IMG/VR virus record: IMGVR_UViG_3300046810_000373
DNA length: 64,000 nucleotides
DNA from: an uncultured virus (IMG/VR IMGVR_UViG_3300046810_000373)
Lineage: Duplodnaviria > Heunggongvirae > Uroviricota > Caudoviricetes > Schitoviridae
Direction: 5' to 3' (one strand)
The position numbers and the translations under genes were made by a program. The notes under the pieces are model-generated. The model ran no database searches, was not told the origin of the DNA, and saw only the letters and a program-made list of their open reading frames with translations. This document shows, in pieces, positions 18,888 to 30,100 of this stretch; positions within the stretch are counted from its first letter, which is position 1, and every line of letters starts with the position of its first letter.

Positions 18888-21021
18888 GGTCAACCACAAT
18901 CCCGTGTTGGAGAGCATCGTCGATGTTCTCTGCAACAAGACCCAGCAGATGGATCGAGGCTTTTTCCGGGCCGAAGTAGCCTACTATCTCGGCAAGCTAG
19001 CATCATCGATGCGAGCCACGATCGTCACCAAGGATCGCGGCGAGATCCCGGTGAACATTTATGTGCTGGCTCTGGCGACGTCCGGCTTCGGCAAGGGCCA
19101 CTCCGTTGGTGTAATTGAGAATGAGTTCCTGGCCGGCTTCAAGAAGCGGTTTATGGACGACACCTTCGGAGTGCTGTCCGAGACCAATCTCTGGGTGATC
19201 GCCAATAGCCGAGCTGCTCGCAACTCGACGGACCAGAACGAGGAATTCGAGAAGGTTCAGAAGGAATGGCGCCAGGCTGGCTCCTACCCCTTCACCTTCG
19301 ACAGCGGCACACCGCCGGCGGTCAAGCAGCTCCGCGAGAAGCTGCTCATGTCCAACTGCGGCTCGATCAATCTCCAGATCGACGAAATCGGATCCAACCT
19401 CATTGGCTCCGTCGACATTCTGAACGTGTTCCTGGAACTCTACGACCAGGGCATGGTCAAGACCAAGCTGATCAAGAACACAGCGGACAACACCCGCAAC
19501 GAAGAGATCGACGGAAAGACACCGACCAACATGCTGTTGTTCGGGACCCCTTCCAAGCTCCTCGACGGCGGCCAGACCGAGGACCAGTTCTATTCGTTCC
19601 TCGACACAGGCTATGCCCGCCGCTGCATCTTCGGCTACGGCCAACACAAGAGAGCCCTCGACACCCCCGAGGAGATCTTCAAGCGCCTGACGCAGCCGGC
19701 CAACACCAACGTCATCAACCATTGGGCTGGGCATTTCACCCAACTCGCCGACCCGGCCATGTTCAACTGGAAGATGGTGGTTGAAGACGGTGTCGCCATC
19801 CAGCTCCTGTCGTACAAGATCGACTGTGAGCACCGAGCCGAGGAACTGGCCGAACACGAAGAGGTCAAGAAAGCCGAGCTATCGCATCGGTATTTCAAAG
19901 CTCTCAAGCTCGCCGGCGCCTTTGCTTTCGTGGATGCATCCACCACGATCGAGGAAGAGCACCTGCTATCAGCGATCAAGCTCGTCGAGGAATCGGGAGA
20001 GGCCTTCTTCAAGATTCTCAATCGGGACAAGAGCTATGTGAAGTTGGCCAAATACATTGCCAACTGCGGCATGGAGGTGAACCACGCCGATCTTCTGGAC
20101 GCCCTGCCCTTCTATCCGAAGAGCTATGGCCCGAGGAATGACATGATCACCCTGGCCACGAGCTGGGGCTACAAGAAGAACATCATCATCAAGAAGTCGT
20201 TCGTCGACGGGATCGAGTTCTTCAAGGGGGAAACCCTGGCCGAGACCAATCTCGAAAAGTGCCGGGTCTCTTATTCCGAGCACTGGGCCTATTCCTATCT
20301 TAAGGAAGAGGTCCCCTTCGACAAGCTGCACATGCTGACCCAGGCTCCGGGCATGCACTGGGCGAACCACCACTTCAAGGGTGATCACCGCTCCGAAGAG
20401 AACGCCATACCCGGCTTCAACATGGTGGTGATCGACGTCGACGAGGGTATCCCCCTGGCGACCGTCCATGACCTCATGAAGGAATACAAGTTCCTGACCT
20501 ACACCACCAAGCGCCATCAGAAGGATGGCAATGGTGATCGTTTCCGGCTGATCCTTCCGATCAACTATTACCTCGAGCTGGACAACGAAGAGTACAAGGA
20601 ATTCATGCGGTCAGTCTTCACCTGGCTCCCATTCCAGACGGATGAGAGCTCGGAAAAACGAGAGAAGAAGTGGGAAACCTTCGATGGAGGGCAGTACCAT
20701 TACAATCTCGAAGGCGGTCTGCTCGATGCTTTGGACTTCATCCCGAAGACCAGCCGCAACGAGGGTTTCAAGAACCAGACGAAGGATCTTCAATCCCTCG
20801 ACAGCCTCGAGCGCTGGTTCGCACAGCGCATGGTGACCAACTCGAACCGTAACAACCAGATGCTCAAGTTTGCCTTGATGCTGGTCGACAGCGGCTTCGA
20901 CTTCCCCACTGTCCGGCAGCATGTGCTCGCCTTCGACCAGAAGCTTTCCGACCCTCTTGGGGAAGACGAGCTCAACCGATCGGTGCTGGTCACCGCGGCC
21001 AAGCGCTACCAGAAGCCCTGA
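18871..21021 (+). CDS. DNA primase (N4 gp43-like)
   Basis: ATSGFGKG P-loop-like motif, IDEIG, AEP-like IDVDEG, YTTKRH, RFRLILP, C-terminal RNNQML; probable TTG start after AAGGA. Confidence 0.88.
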   Translation: MLDLSKVNHNPVLESIVDVLCNKTQQMDRGFFRAEVAYYLGKLASSMRATIVTKDRGEIPVNIYVLALATSGFGKGHSVGVIENEFLAGFKKRFMDDTFGVLSETNLWVIANSRAARNSTDQNEEFEKVQKEWRQAGSYPFTFDSGTPPAVKQLREKLLMSNCGSINLQIDEIGSNLIGSVDILNVFLELYDQGMVKTKLIKNTADNTRNEEIDGKTPTNMLLFGTPSKLLDGGQTEDQFYSFLDTGYARRCIFGYGQHKRALDTPEEIFKRLTQPANTNVINHWAGHFTQLADPAMFNWKMVVEDGVAIQLLSYKIDCEHRAEELAEHEEVKKAELSHRYFKALKLAGAFAFVDASTTIEEEHLLSAIKLVEESGEAFFKILNRDKSYVKLAKYIANCGMEVNHADLLDALPFYPKSYGPRNDMITLATSWGYKKNIIIKKSFVDGIEFFKGETLAETNLEKCRVSYSEHWAYSYLKEEVPFDKLHMLTQAPGMHWANHHFKGDHRSEENAIPGFNMVVIDVDEGIPLATVHDLMKEYKFLTYTTKRHQKDGNGDRFRLILPINYYLELDNEEYKEFMRSVFTWLPFQTDESSEKREKKWETFDGGQYHYNLEGGLLDALDFIPKTSRNEGFKNQTKDLQSLDSLERWFAQRMVTNSNRNNQMLKFALMLVDSGFDFPTVRQHVLAFDQKLSDPLGEDELNRSVLVTAAKRYQKP

Positions 21022-21072
21022 GCGATCAGGGTTTCTTTCTCCGGCTTTTGAACCTCCAACCAGAGATCCAAT

Positions 21073-21804
21073 ATGGATGAAATCAATAACCAGCTCGTCT
21101 TGATCTCGGGAGAGTCGGGCTCCGGCAAATCGGCCAGCCTGCGGAATATCCAGAACCAGGATAAATGGATGTACCTGAATTGCGAGGCGGGCAAGCGCCT
21201 GCCTTTCAAGAACCAGTTCCAGACATTCAACATCGTTGACCCCTACCAGGTCTGGGAGGGCTTCGATCATGCCATGGCCAACCCCGACAAGTTCCATGGC
21301 ATCGCGCTCGATACTGCCACCTTCCTGATGGAGATGATGGAAAGTGTGCATGTCCTGACGTCGAACGACACCCAGAAAGCCTGGGGAAATTATGCCCAGT
21401 TCTGGAAGCACCTGATGCAAAAGAAGGTGGTCGAGTTCGGCAAGCCCGTGCTGATCTTCGGTCACACCAAGACCGAGCTCGATGAGCAAACCCATACGAT
21501 GAAGACCTCGGTTCCAGTCAAGGGTTCGCTCCGGAACAACGGCATCGAGGCCTACTTTTCGACGGTGGTCTCCACCAAGAAGGTCTCTCTCAACGAGCTG
21601 GAGAAGTATGGCTCCAAGCTCCTCACCATCACGGAGGAGGATAAGGATCTCGGCTATAAACACGTCTTCCAGACCCGTCTCACGAAGCAAACCGTAGGGG
21701 AGCGGATCCGGTCGCCGATGGGGATGTTCAACAAGGAACACACCTACATCGACAATGACTGCCAGCTTTTGCTGGGTCATCTGAAGGAATTCTACGGGGA
21801 TTAA
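21073..21804 (+). CDS. AAA ATPase (Sak4-like, N4 gp44-like)
   Basis: GESGSGKS, ALDTAT, IFGH, IRSPMGMF. Confidence 0.85.
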   Translation: MDEINNQLVLISGESGSGKSASLRNIQNQDKWMYLNCEAGKRLPFKNQFQTFNIVDPYQVWEGFDHAMANPDKFHGIALDTATFLMEMMESVHVLTSNDTQKAWGNYAQFWKHLMQKKVVEFGKPVLIFGHTKTELDEQTHTMKTSVPVKGSLRNNGIEAYFSTVVSTKKVSLNELEKYGSKLLTITEEDKDLGYKHVFQTRLTKQTVGERIRSPMGMFNKEHTYIDNDCQLLLGHLKEFYGD

Positions 21805-21854
21805 TTTCTCCGCAGATTATACACCAACCTCTCTCGAAAATAGGACATCGAACT

Positions 21855-22610
21855 ATGAGTCTCTTCAACAATCTGACCACCGACGGCCTCGAGGAAGCCC
21901 AGGATCGTCTCGGCGGTTTCTCCCGGCTGGAATCGGGTGCCTATACCGGCAAGATCAAGGCGGCCTATGCCGGCGTTGCCGCCAACTCCAAGGCCCAGAG
22001 CATCACGGTCATCCTGGCTCACGGCAAGGATGGCAAGGAGGAGTATCGCGAGACCCTCTGGATCACCAACAAGAATGGCGAGAACTTCTTCGTCAACAAG
22101 GGTGGCGACGGCAAGAAATCTCCCCTGCCCGGCTTCACCATCGTCAATGACCTGTGCCTGGTCACGACGAACAAGCCGCTCGCCGAGCAGCCGACGGAAG
22201 AGAAGGTCATGAACATCTATGACCCGGACGCCAAGAAGGAGCTGCCCAAAGCGGTCCAGATGCTCGTCGATCTGCTCGACACCGAGGTGACCTTCGGCAT
22301 CATCAAGCAGACGGTGAACAAGCAGGAGAAGGACAGCGCCGGCAACTACCAGGACACCGCCGAAACCCGTGACGAGAATTCCACGGACAAGATCTTCCAC
22401 TACCCCTCGAACCTGACGGTCAACGAGGCCCTCAACAAGATCACCACAGCGACGTTCTACGGCGCCTGGGTCGAGAAGAACAAGGGCGTCACCCGCGATC
22501 GCACCAACAAGGATCTGGCCAAGAACGGCGGCAAGGCTGGACGCCCCGGTATGCCTCCCCAGGCAGCGACCGCCGGCGGCAAGACGTCCTCCCTGTTCGG
22601 AGCTCGCTGA
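21855..22610 (+). CDS. Single-stranded DNA-binding protein (N4 gp45-like)
   Basis: DRLGG..LESGAY, YRETLWITN, LPGF, C-terminal SSLF; synteny. Confidence 0.85.
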   Translation: MSLFNNLTTDGLEEAQDRLGGFSRLESGAYTGKIKAAYAGVAANSKAQSITVILAHGKDGKEEYRETLWITNKNGENFFVNKGGDGKKSPLPGFTIVNDLCLVTTNKPLAEQPTEEKVMNIYDPDAKKELPKAVQMLVDLLDTEVTFGIIKQTVNKQEKDSAGNYQDTAETRDENSTDKIFHYPSNLTVNEALNKITTATFYGAWVEKNKGVTRDRTNKDLAKNGGKAGRPGMPPQAATAGGKTSSLFGAR

Positions 22611-22647
22611 GTTCGATCGAACTGGACGCCGACTCTGATTAGTGTAG

Positions 22648-22682
22648 AAATACCCCCGCGTTAATCCGCGGGGGTATTTTTA
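22648..22682. terminator. Intrinsic terminator after SSB
   Basis: AAATACCCCCGCG-ttaatc-CGCGGGGGTATTT. Confidence 0.85.
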
Positions 22683-22687
22683 ACATA

Positions 22688-23668
22688 ATGGATCAGATAA
22701 CCATTAACCTCCCGATCTATATCGATCTCGGAGCCAAAAAGAAAAAATCGACGTTCAGCCTTAACCTGAACACCTACCGAAATGCTCACTATCATATCCT
22801 CAATAAGGCCAAGGCCCTGTTCGAGGAGCTGATATCGAAGCAAATCAAGCATTTTCCTGCGATGGCTAAAGTCGAGCTGACCTACGCTCTCTTCTTTGGT
22901 TCCCGACGAGCGATTGACGTTGCGAACGTGTGCTGCATAGTGGACAAGTTCTTTTGCGACACGCTCGTGAATTGCGGCAAACTTCCCGGTGACGATAAGG
23001 AGATTATCTCCAAAATCGTATATGACTGGGGAGGCATAGACACCCAAAACCCACACGTGAAAGTGACCCTCTCCAACATCGAGATGGTCCACGAGGATCC
23101 AGTTCCCATGCAGATTTCTTTTTCGCAGACCGAAATCAAGGATGCTCTTCTCGAGCTCCTCGAAAAGCAGATCAGCCTTCAGCCTGGCCAGGCGGCCGTG
23201 ATCGAGTTCGACCTCGAGAACCCGAAGGACATCATCGCCTACGTCGACATCGTCCGCGGCAACACCACCCAGACCCAGACCGCGGTCAAGGCACCGGCTC
23301 AGCAGGCAGCGGCTCCAACCCCGAAGCCGGCCAAGACCCCGAGCAAGAAGGCAGTCGAAGTGCCGGTCGAAGCCACCCAGGAAACGACTGCGGTGGATGA
23401 AGCGGCCGAGGTTACTCAGGCCAGCGCCATCAGCACCGGTGAGGAGCGCGTCGACACGAGCCAGGACGAGGTCGTTCAGGATGAGACCGTCCAGGAAGCC
23501 GCAACCGAGGAGATCGCTCCAGTCGCCGCGACGGCTGCCAGCGGGATCTTCCCGAATGCTGTGAGCTCGGCGCCGGCGCTGCCCGCCACTCCTGCTCCCA
23601 CCGGCAAGTCGCTGTTCGCCAATCTGATGAAGCCGAGCAACGTGCCGGAATCCAAGACGGTCAACTGA
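22688..23668 (+). CDS. RusA-like Holliday junction resolvase (N4 gp46-like) in frame with an acidic low-complexity protein
   Basis: LNLNTYRN, DVAN....DKFFCDTL....DD RusA-like motifs in the first ~135 aa; internal ATG 23108 preceded by GAGGA. Confidence 0.75.
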   Translation: MDQITINLPIYIDLGAKKKKSTFSLNLNTYRNAHYHILNKAKALFEELISKQIKHFPAMAKVELTYALFFGSRRAIDVANVCCIVDKFFCDTLVNCGKLPGDDKEIISKIVYDWGGIDTQNPHVKVTLSNIEMVHEDPVPMQISFSQTEIKDALLELLEKQISLQPGQAAVIEFDLENPKDIIAYVDIVRGNTTQTQTAVKAPAQQAAAPTPKPAKTPSKKAVEVPVEATQETTAVDEAAEVTQASAISTGEERVDTSQDEVVQDETVQEAATEEIAPVAATAASGIFPNAVSSAPALPATPAPTGKSLFANLMKPSNVPESKTVN

Positions 23669-23690
23669 TCTCCCAACCACGGGAGATCCC

Positions 23691-23891
23691 ATGGCACTGT
23701 TCAAGGCGCTCATCATTGGGGGATCTGTTGCGAGCATATTAGCAGGTATTATCTTGCTGATTATCGCAGTAATCCCCTATCTGATTTTCGCTGCTGTATT
23801 TTCACTAATAAGCTTAATCGCTTATGTGATTATCAAGGACGAAAATCAGAATAATAAGAAGCCCCCGAAAGGGGGCTTTTTCCATGAATGA
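23691..23891 (+). CDS. Small membrane protein
   Basis: Two hydrophobic segments; GGAG RBS. Confidence 0.6.
   Translation: MALFKALIIGGSVASILAGIILLIIAVIPYLIFAAVFSLISLIAYVIIKDENQNNKKPPKGGFFHE
23859..23882. terminator. Terminator at the convergence of middle and late regions
   Basis: AAGCCCCC-gaaa-GGGGGCTT then TTT. Confidence 0.8.
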
Positions 23892-24167
23892 ATCAAGGGG
23901 ATCTGGCGAAAGCCCGGTCCCCTGTTTTCAGGAAAAACCCACTAATATGATCTGGAATTCAGAGCCTCAGCATAATTGGCCTGGCGGAAAGTATGTCGGA
24001 GCCATCTGCACAACCTGCGGCGTCTCAGGCTTTCTACATCATAAGCACGGCCCCTCAGCCTGCTGGCCTCATTACCAGGAGGGGATGGCCAAAGCTCATC
24101 TGTTCAAGGAACAGCATCTCAATCTTATGATTGAGGAGTATGGTCCTCATACTCCTCAATCAATTGA

Positions 24168-27100
24168 TCACTTCACCAGGTTGACCCAGGGATTGAGCGA
24201 GAAGCTGTGCAGCCCCATGCTCGGGCCTACCGAGTAGCCCAGCTTCCCGTCAGCCAACAGCGCCAGGAAGTTATCCGTGGTCGGGGAACCAATGTCTCCC
24301 AGACCCGGAACCGCCGGCGGCATGGCCATCAGGAGCAGCGACTTCAAGGGATGGTGCCTGAGCATATAGGCGCCTTCCTTGATTGAGCGAAGCTTGAAAT
24401 TGTAGAACCAGAGCAAACCGACGCTTTCAAGATACTGCCTCGACCGCCCCGACAGGCGGTTGTAGTTCACGAACGCCTCGTTGACCTGAGCGATCGCATC
24501 CTCCTGGCTCACCTTCTTCCGCTGGACCAGGTCATCATACATGATCGCCTTGCCCAGGAAGTCACCATACTGGACGGCCTTGCCCAGCCCCTGGAACAGG
24601 GCCGTGTCGCGAGTGACGAAGCCATAGCGCCAGGCGGTGCGGAACTGCTCGGGCACCCTCGTTGAGAAGCGCTCGGCCCACTCTCCCCATTTGCCGTCAG
24701 CCAGAGCCAAATCCTCGGCCGTGACGACGCCATTGGAAATCGCCGAGAACTCGCCGGCCTCGATGAGCGGCCAGATGCTCAGGCGCTTGTAGCTGTCCTT
24801 GATCGTCCGGATCCGGCTCTCAAGCTTGCGGATCTGGGCAAGGTCATTGACGCCCTTGGCAGCCTGCAGCTCGGCTTCGAGATCGATTTCAGCATGGCGA
24901 CGCTTGATGAAATCGTTGAGCTCGATCGTCTTGGAGCCAAGACCCTTAACGATATGCCTGATCGGGACACCCCGGTTCAGGAGCTGGAAGATATTGGCCA
25001 TCATATTGGCCGCCGGCACGATCACGCTCTTGACCACGATCAGCACCTTGGCGTTGGAAACCAGATCCTGGATCGCCTTTTCACCGCTGATCAAGCGCGA
25101 GTAGGCCTTGTTCCCGAACATGCTGAAAGCGATGTCCTGGAAGGTCTTCTGGACGCCTGGCTTCCAGCGCGAGTTGCCCGTGAACAGATCACCGACCGAA
25201 GCCGAGCGGTATCCCACGGCGTCGTTCAGCATATCCCGGCGAACCTGGAAACCATCGTTGCCAAAGCGATCCTGGATCATCTCCCGAGTATGCTGGGGGA
25301 TCAGGCGCCAGGCTTCGTGCAAGACCGGATCATCGGTCTTCCTGAGATTGGCCAGGTTCACAAACTCATCCCGTCGACCGGCTTTGCGACCTTCGATCCA
25401 AAGCTGATGAAGGTTGTCGACCAGGCCCTTGTTGAATTCGCCGGCGAGCGCCTCTTCGACCTGGCGGCCAGCCCAGACACCCAATGAGCGAGACAGGTTC
25501 GTGTCCCGATTGATCCTGGTCAACTGGGCCGGGTCGATCGAGCGCTCATAGGCCACGACATTCCCATTGGCGCCGAAGACCGGGAGCAGGTTCTCCGAGG
25601 TTTGGCGCTGATTGGCGAGCTGACGGTTTACCAGGGCCACGATCTGCGGATCGGTGATCCGGCCTGCCGTCAGCTCGCCGACGGTGTATCCCGTATTGGG
25701 ATCGACGCCGTTCACCGTTTGATGGACGTTCTGCATCACGCCTTGATTGTAAGCCGCCCTCCCCGAGACCGGAGCGAAGAAATAGGAGCGCCGTCCGAGA
25801 TTGCGATCGGCCGAGGATCCGACATAGGGGCCCAGATTGGTGTAGCCGAGAGCCAGCAAACGAGCATGCTCGGAGTCGCTGGCAACGATCAGGGAAACCC
25901 CCTGCTGACCTTCAGTCGGGATATGGCCCTTGTACCCGTTCGCTTGCGCGATCGAGCTTTGGCCATTCGCGATCTCTGTGTTGCGCAAACCCCGCAGGTA
26001 GGAGAGCGAGAAGCCCATCCCCTGTTGCTGGTCCGTCATCAAGGCGGAGATCGCATCCTTGGTTCCCTGCTCAAGCCCCTGGACCGCGTAGAGCGTCACC
26101 AGGCGGTCGATCTGGTCGACTAGCCCATTCTCCACCGTAGAGCTCTCATAGCCGCGCTGCCCCATCAAGCGGGCCACGGCATAGGCATTCCGGAGAAGAC
26201 TGGACCCATGCTCGCCTGTCAGCATGTAATTGGCGAGCTGGGCCGCCTTCTGCTGGAGCACCGCAAAGCGCCGCGGCTCCGAAGCCAGGATCTGCCCCTC
26301 GAGCAATTTGATCTCGGCGCCGAGCTTCTTGGCATCCGTCAGGAAGCTCAGGGATCCATCAACACCATAGGTCGAGTGCAGCGAGGCGAGATCGGTCTTT
26401 CCCAGGCCACGATAGAGCGCCGTCCACTCATTGCCCGAAAGCTTGCGGGTGAACTGCTTGGCGATCGTCTGAGGCAAATGCTCTCGGAACTGCTGGCGGT
26501 TCTGCTGAACGGCCGAGCGCACCTTGGTGATCATATCGAAGACCGAAGCGTTCTCACGGGTCCGGCCAACGATGTCGTTGACCAGCTCCCGCATGGCATG
26601 GGCGCCGCCGAGCTGATTAAGCCAATGGGTAATTCCCATGGCCGCTTCATCCGAGCGCTCCTGGTTCACCAGTGTAGCGACGGCACGAACCAGGCGGGCT
26701 CCGCCTCGAACAATGGCGCTGCCATTATTCTTGATAATATTATCCGCCTTATCTCCTATTTTATCGGAGAGATTTTGAATCTGATTAGAGAGATAATTCT
26801 CCACGCCGGCGATACCATTCTCGCCGCTCTGCTCGATGAAAGACCGGGTGTCTCCAGTGTTTTCCAACAGAGCCTGGGTCAGGCGATCCAGAGCTTCCTG
26901 GACTGAGGCATTCGATTTTCCCTCCCCCGACATCGCCAGGGAAAGCCGATCCATACCGGCCAGGCCGAGATCCTCTAGCTTCTGATCGAAGGTACGCGGA
27001 TCCGCGGACTTTTCGCTCTTGGGCAGAGCCACCCCGGAGAGGATCTTGCGGAAGCTGTCATCGACCATGGCCAGGCCGAGGAATGCCGGCATCAACGAGG

Positions 27101-30100
27101 AGCGCCCCATCGCATCAGTGCTGGCGCCAAACAGCCCATGCAGGGCATCGAACTTGTTCTGCGCCTGATAGCGATCGGCGTTGGGATCACCGAGACCGGT
27201 CATGAAATCCTCGACCGCGATCTTATCGATGACGTGCTCATATAGATCCTGGATCCGCGAGAGCGAGACCGGGTTGAGTTCGACATCGACCGAGAGCGCC
27301 GCAACGATCTCATTGAAGGTCGAGACCTCCTGCATGGTCGGCAGGAAGCCCTGATTGAGGAAACCCTTGGCCACCTGGGCTGCGTCGATATAGGCCTTGT
27401 GCTTGATCTGAGACGTCCTGGTGAAAGCCAGTGTCGGATCGGCGGCAACCCAGGCCGTGATCTTGTCGTGGAAGCGCTGGCGCAGATCGCTCAGACGATC
27501 GCTGGTTCCAAAAGCGGCCGACTGGTAAAGCGCCACTGCTCCCGAATCCTGAGCCAGGAGCTGGGCTGCGCTTGGCATATCCATCAGGATCCTGGTGTTG
27601 AACCGGAGCTGCTCCAGGACGTTGTCACCGGCCTTGGGAACAGAGAGCTTGCTCTTGCCTTTGCCCCAGATCAGATCCTTGATCGCCTTCAGTGTGTCTC
27701 CGACGATCTGGAAAATTGACTGGGTGATCCAGGTCTTCTCGGCCACAGCCGAGAGCTGCTGGTTCGACAGCACCCAGGCCATGAACTCATTGACCGCGGC
27801 CGCTCGGTTGTTGTTGTTCAGGTGACCGCGGATCGCATTGACGGCCAGGCTCTGGGCCGTCTGCGTCAGCTCGCTCTCGCCCGAGTAATCTTCGAGAAGC
27901 CACTGGTTCATCAGGGCCTCGATATTCTCAACCGCGATCTGCTCGACATCGGAGATCGATTTGGGGTCGGTGTAATAGGCCAGCACCTTCTGGAAGGTGG
28001 CTGCGTGGATCATCTCATGCAGAGCCGTTTCCCCGAAATCACTGGAGCCGTCGGTGACCGCAACCAGGATCTTTGAGACTGGATCGACGAAGCCATTGGC
28101 CGTGTCGAGCATGCCGGGCTGATAGCGATCGGCGTTGTTCTGCTGGAGCCAGGTATCGACCTGGGCCCGGGTTCCGATCACAGCCTGGTAGCCGGAGGCC
28201 TTGAGCGTCTCCAGGGCGGAGGTCATGACTTCCTGCTGGCTCTCGTTCAGGGAACCAAGCGAGCCGAGATCTGCGGTCAAGGCCTTCGCTTCGATCACAC
28301 GAACCTGCGCATCGATCTGCGCCGGCGCCTCATCAGGAGTTTGCGTCCGGGCTTGACCCTCAATCTGTCCGATGAGCTGGTTCTGGTATTCCCGGTTCAT
28401 CACGGACAGGACAGCATCGTCCGATTGCGCCTCGAGACCGATCGACCCTTCCAGCACATACGGGCTCTCGCCCGAGGCCATCTGATCGACAGTCATCGGC
28501 AAGGTTTTGAACACGGCCTGGCGAGCGTCGATCTCACCGGAGATCTCTTCCAGCTTGGCACCGAGATTGGCGATCGCCAGCTCGATCTCATCCCGAGTTG
28601 CGGGCTCCTTCGGATTGGGATTACCGGTCAGGACCTTGGCCATCTCCAAGGCGACGTCCTGCATCAATTGCGTCTGAGCATTGATCTCGTCATTAGGATC
28701 CAGCACCAAATCAAACGGGCTATTATTAAGAAAATCCCTGAAGGATTTTGCGACAGCATTAACCGGGTTATTGAGCCAGGTCTGATGAACTGAGCCGTTG
28801 ATCTCGCGGGAGTATTCCTCGATCTTGTCGGCGGGCATGTTCATGCCGTCGAAGACCTTGAGGGTTCGGTTGATCTTCTCATTGGTCGCAGCATTGAGCA
28901 TCATCTGCCCGTCGCCGGAGCCAATGACCAAAGATGGAACCGACTTCACGCCGGCGAGTGTCGGGCCGTAAATCAGCGGCGCCGACGAGAAATCATTCTC
29001 CAGGCCCCTGGAGAAATACTCCGGGATCCGGATCTTCAGCTCCCGGTCACCCCGCTTGAGGAGGATCGGCTTCTGTTTGCCGCTCTGGTCTCGATTGCCG
29101 AGAACGTCGGTCTGCTCGGAGCCGCCCAGGAAATAGCTCTGGGTCCCCGTCGAAAACGCCGGGCCCATCGGCAGGAGATCCTTGACGATATCCTGGAGCT
29201 CCCGCTCCGAGAGGAAGTCACCTTCCCGGAAGTTCGGATCACTCTGCTTCTCAGCGAGCTTCTCGATAATTGTCCGACGATAGAGCGCACGCATCACGAT
29301 CGACTGGATCTGCGTCGCCTGCTGGATCGCATCGGTGGTCTCACCGACATGGCCCATCACGGTCTGATTGATCGCCTGAGCCAGGGGATCGACGAAAAGC
29401 GACCGGACATTGCCCTTCAGTGTGTCGAACTGATGTGGGAACAGCGTGAAGCCTCCCGGCGTCCGGACCTGCTCGATCTCTTTCTGGCTGGCTTCACGCT
29501 TGGCTTGAAAGCCAGGCTTGAGCACATAGGCCTGCTCTTCCTTGTCGAAGGCAGCACGCTGATCGGTCAAAGCCTGGAGATCATTCCAGAACTGATCATA
29601 GGTGCTCTGCTCGAATGTCGCATTGGCATCGGCCTTCTTGGCTCCGATAAAATCCGACATCTTCGCGTAGATCAGCTCGACGAGCTCGCCGGCGACCTTG
29701 CCAGCGATGCCATCAACACCCGAACCATAGATCGAGATCGTCAGCGGGTTCTTCGCCACACCCCGACCGATCGTCACAGTGCCTGCATCCTGATCAAAGG
29801 ACACATCCGCATTGAGGGAGCCGAGCAAGCGCAGGAGCGAGTTCATCTGCTCGAGCACCGGGGTATTGTTCTTCAGGCTTTCCCTGAGCTCAGCCATCCG
29901 AGCCTTGTGAGTGTTGGCGCCCTCCCCGTAGAGATCGGGCTCTTTGGCCATCGTGTTCAGCGTCCGGCCCTGGTTCTGGGAACCAAAGAAGACACCTCCC
30001 TTGGCAACAGCCTTGATCCAGGCCGGCGAGAATTCGCCACGAGCCAGGAGCATCAACGCATTGATCGGGCCATTGGTCTTGCCGTCGGCTTCGAGATAGT

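Noticed and set aside
23884..24237. 117-aa + ORF
   Set aside because: Starts within the terminator region, overlaps the vRNAP 3' end and has no recognisable motif; cannot be supported
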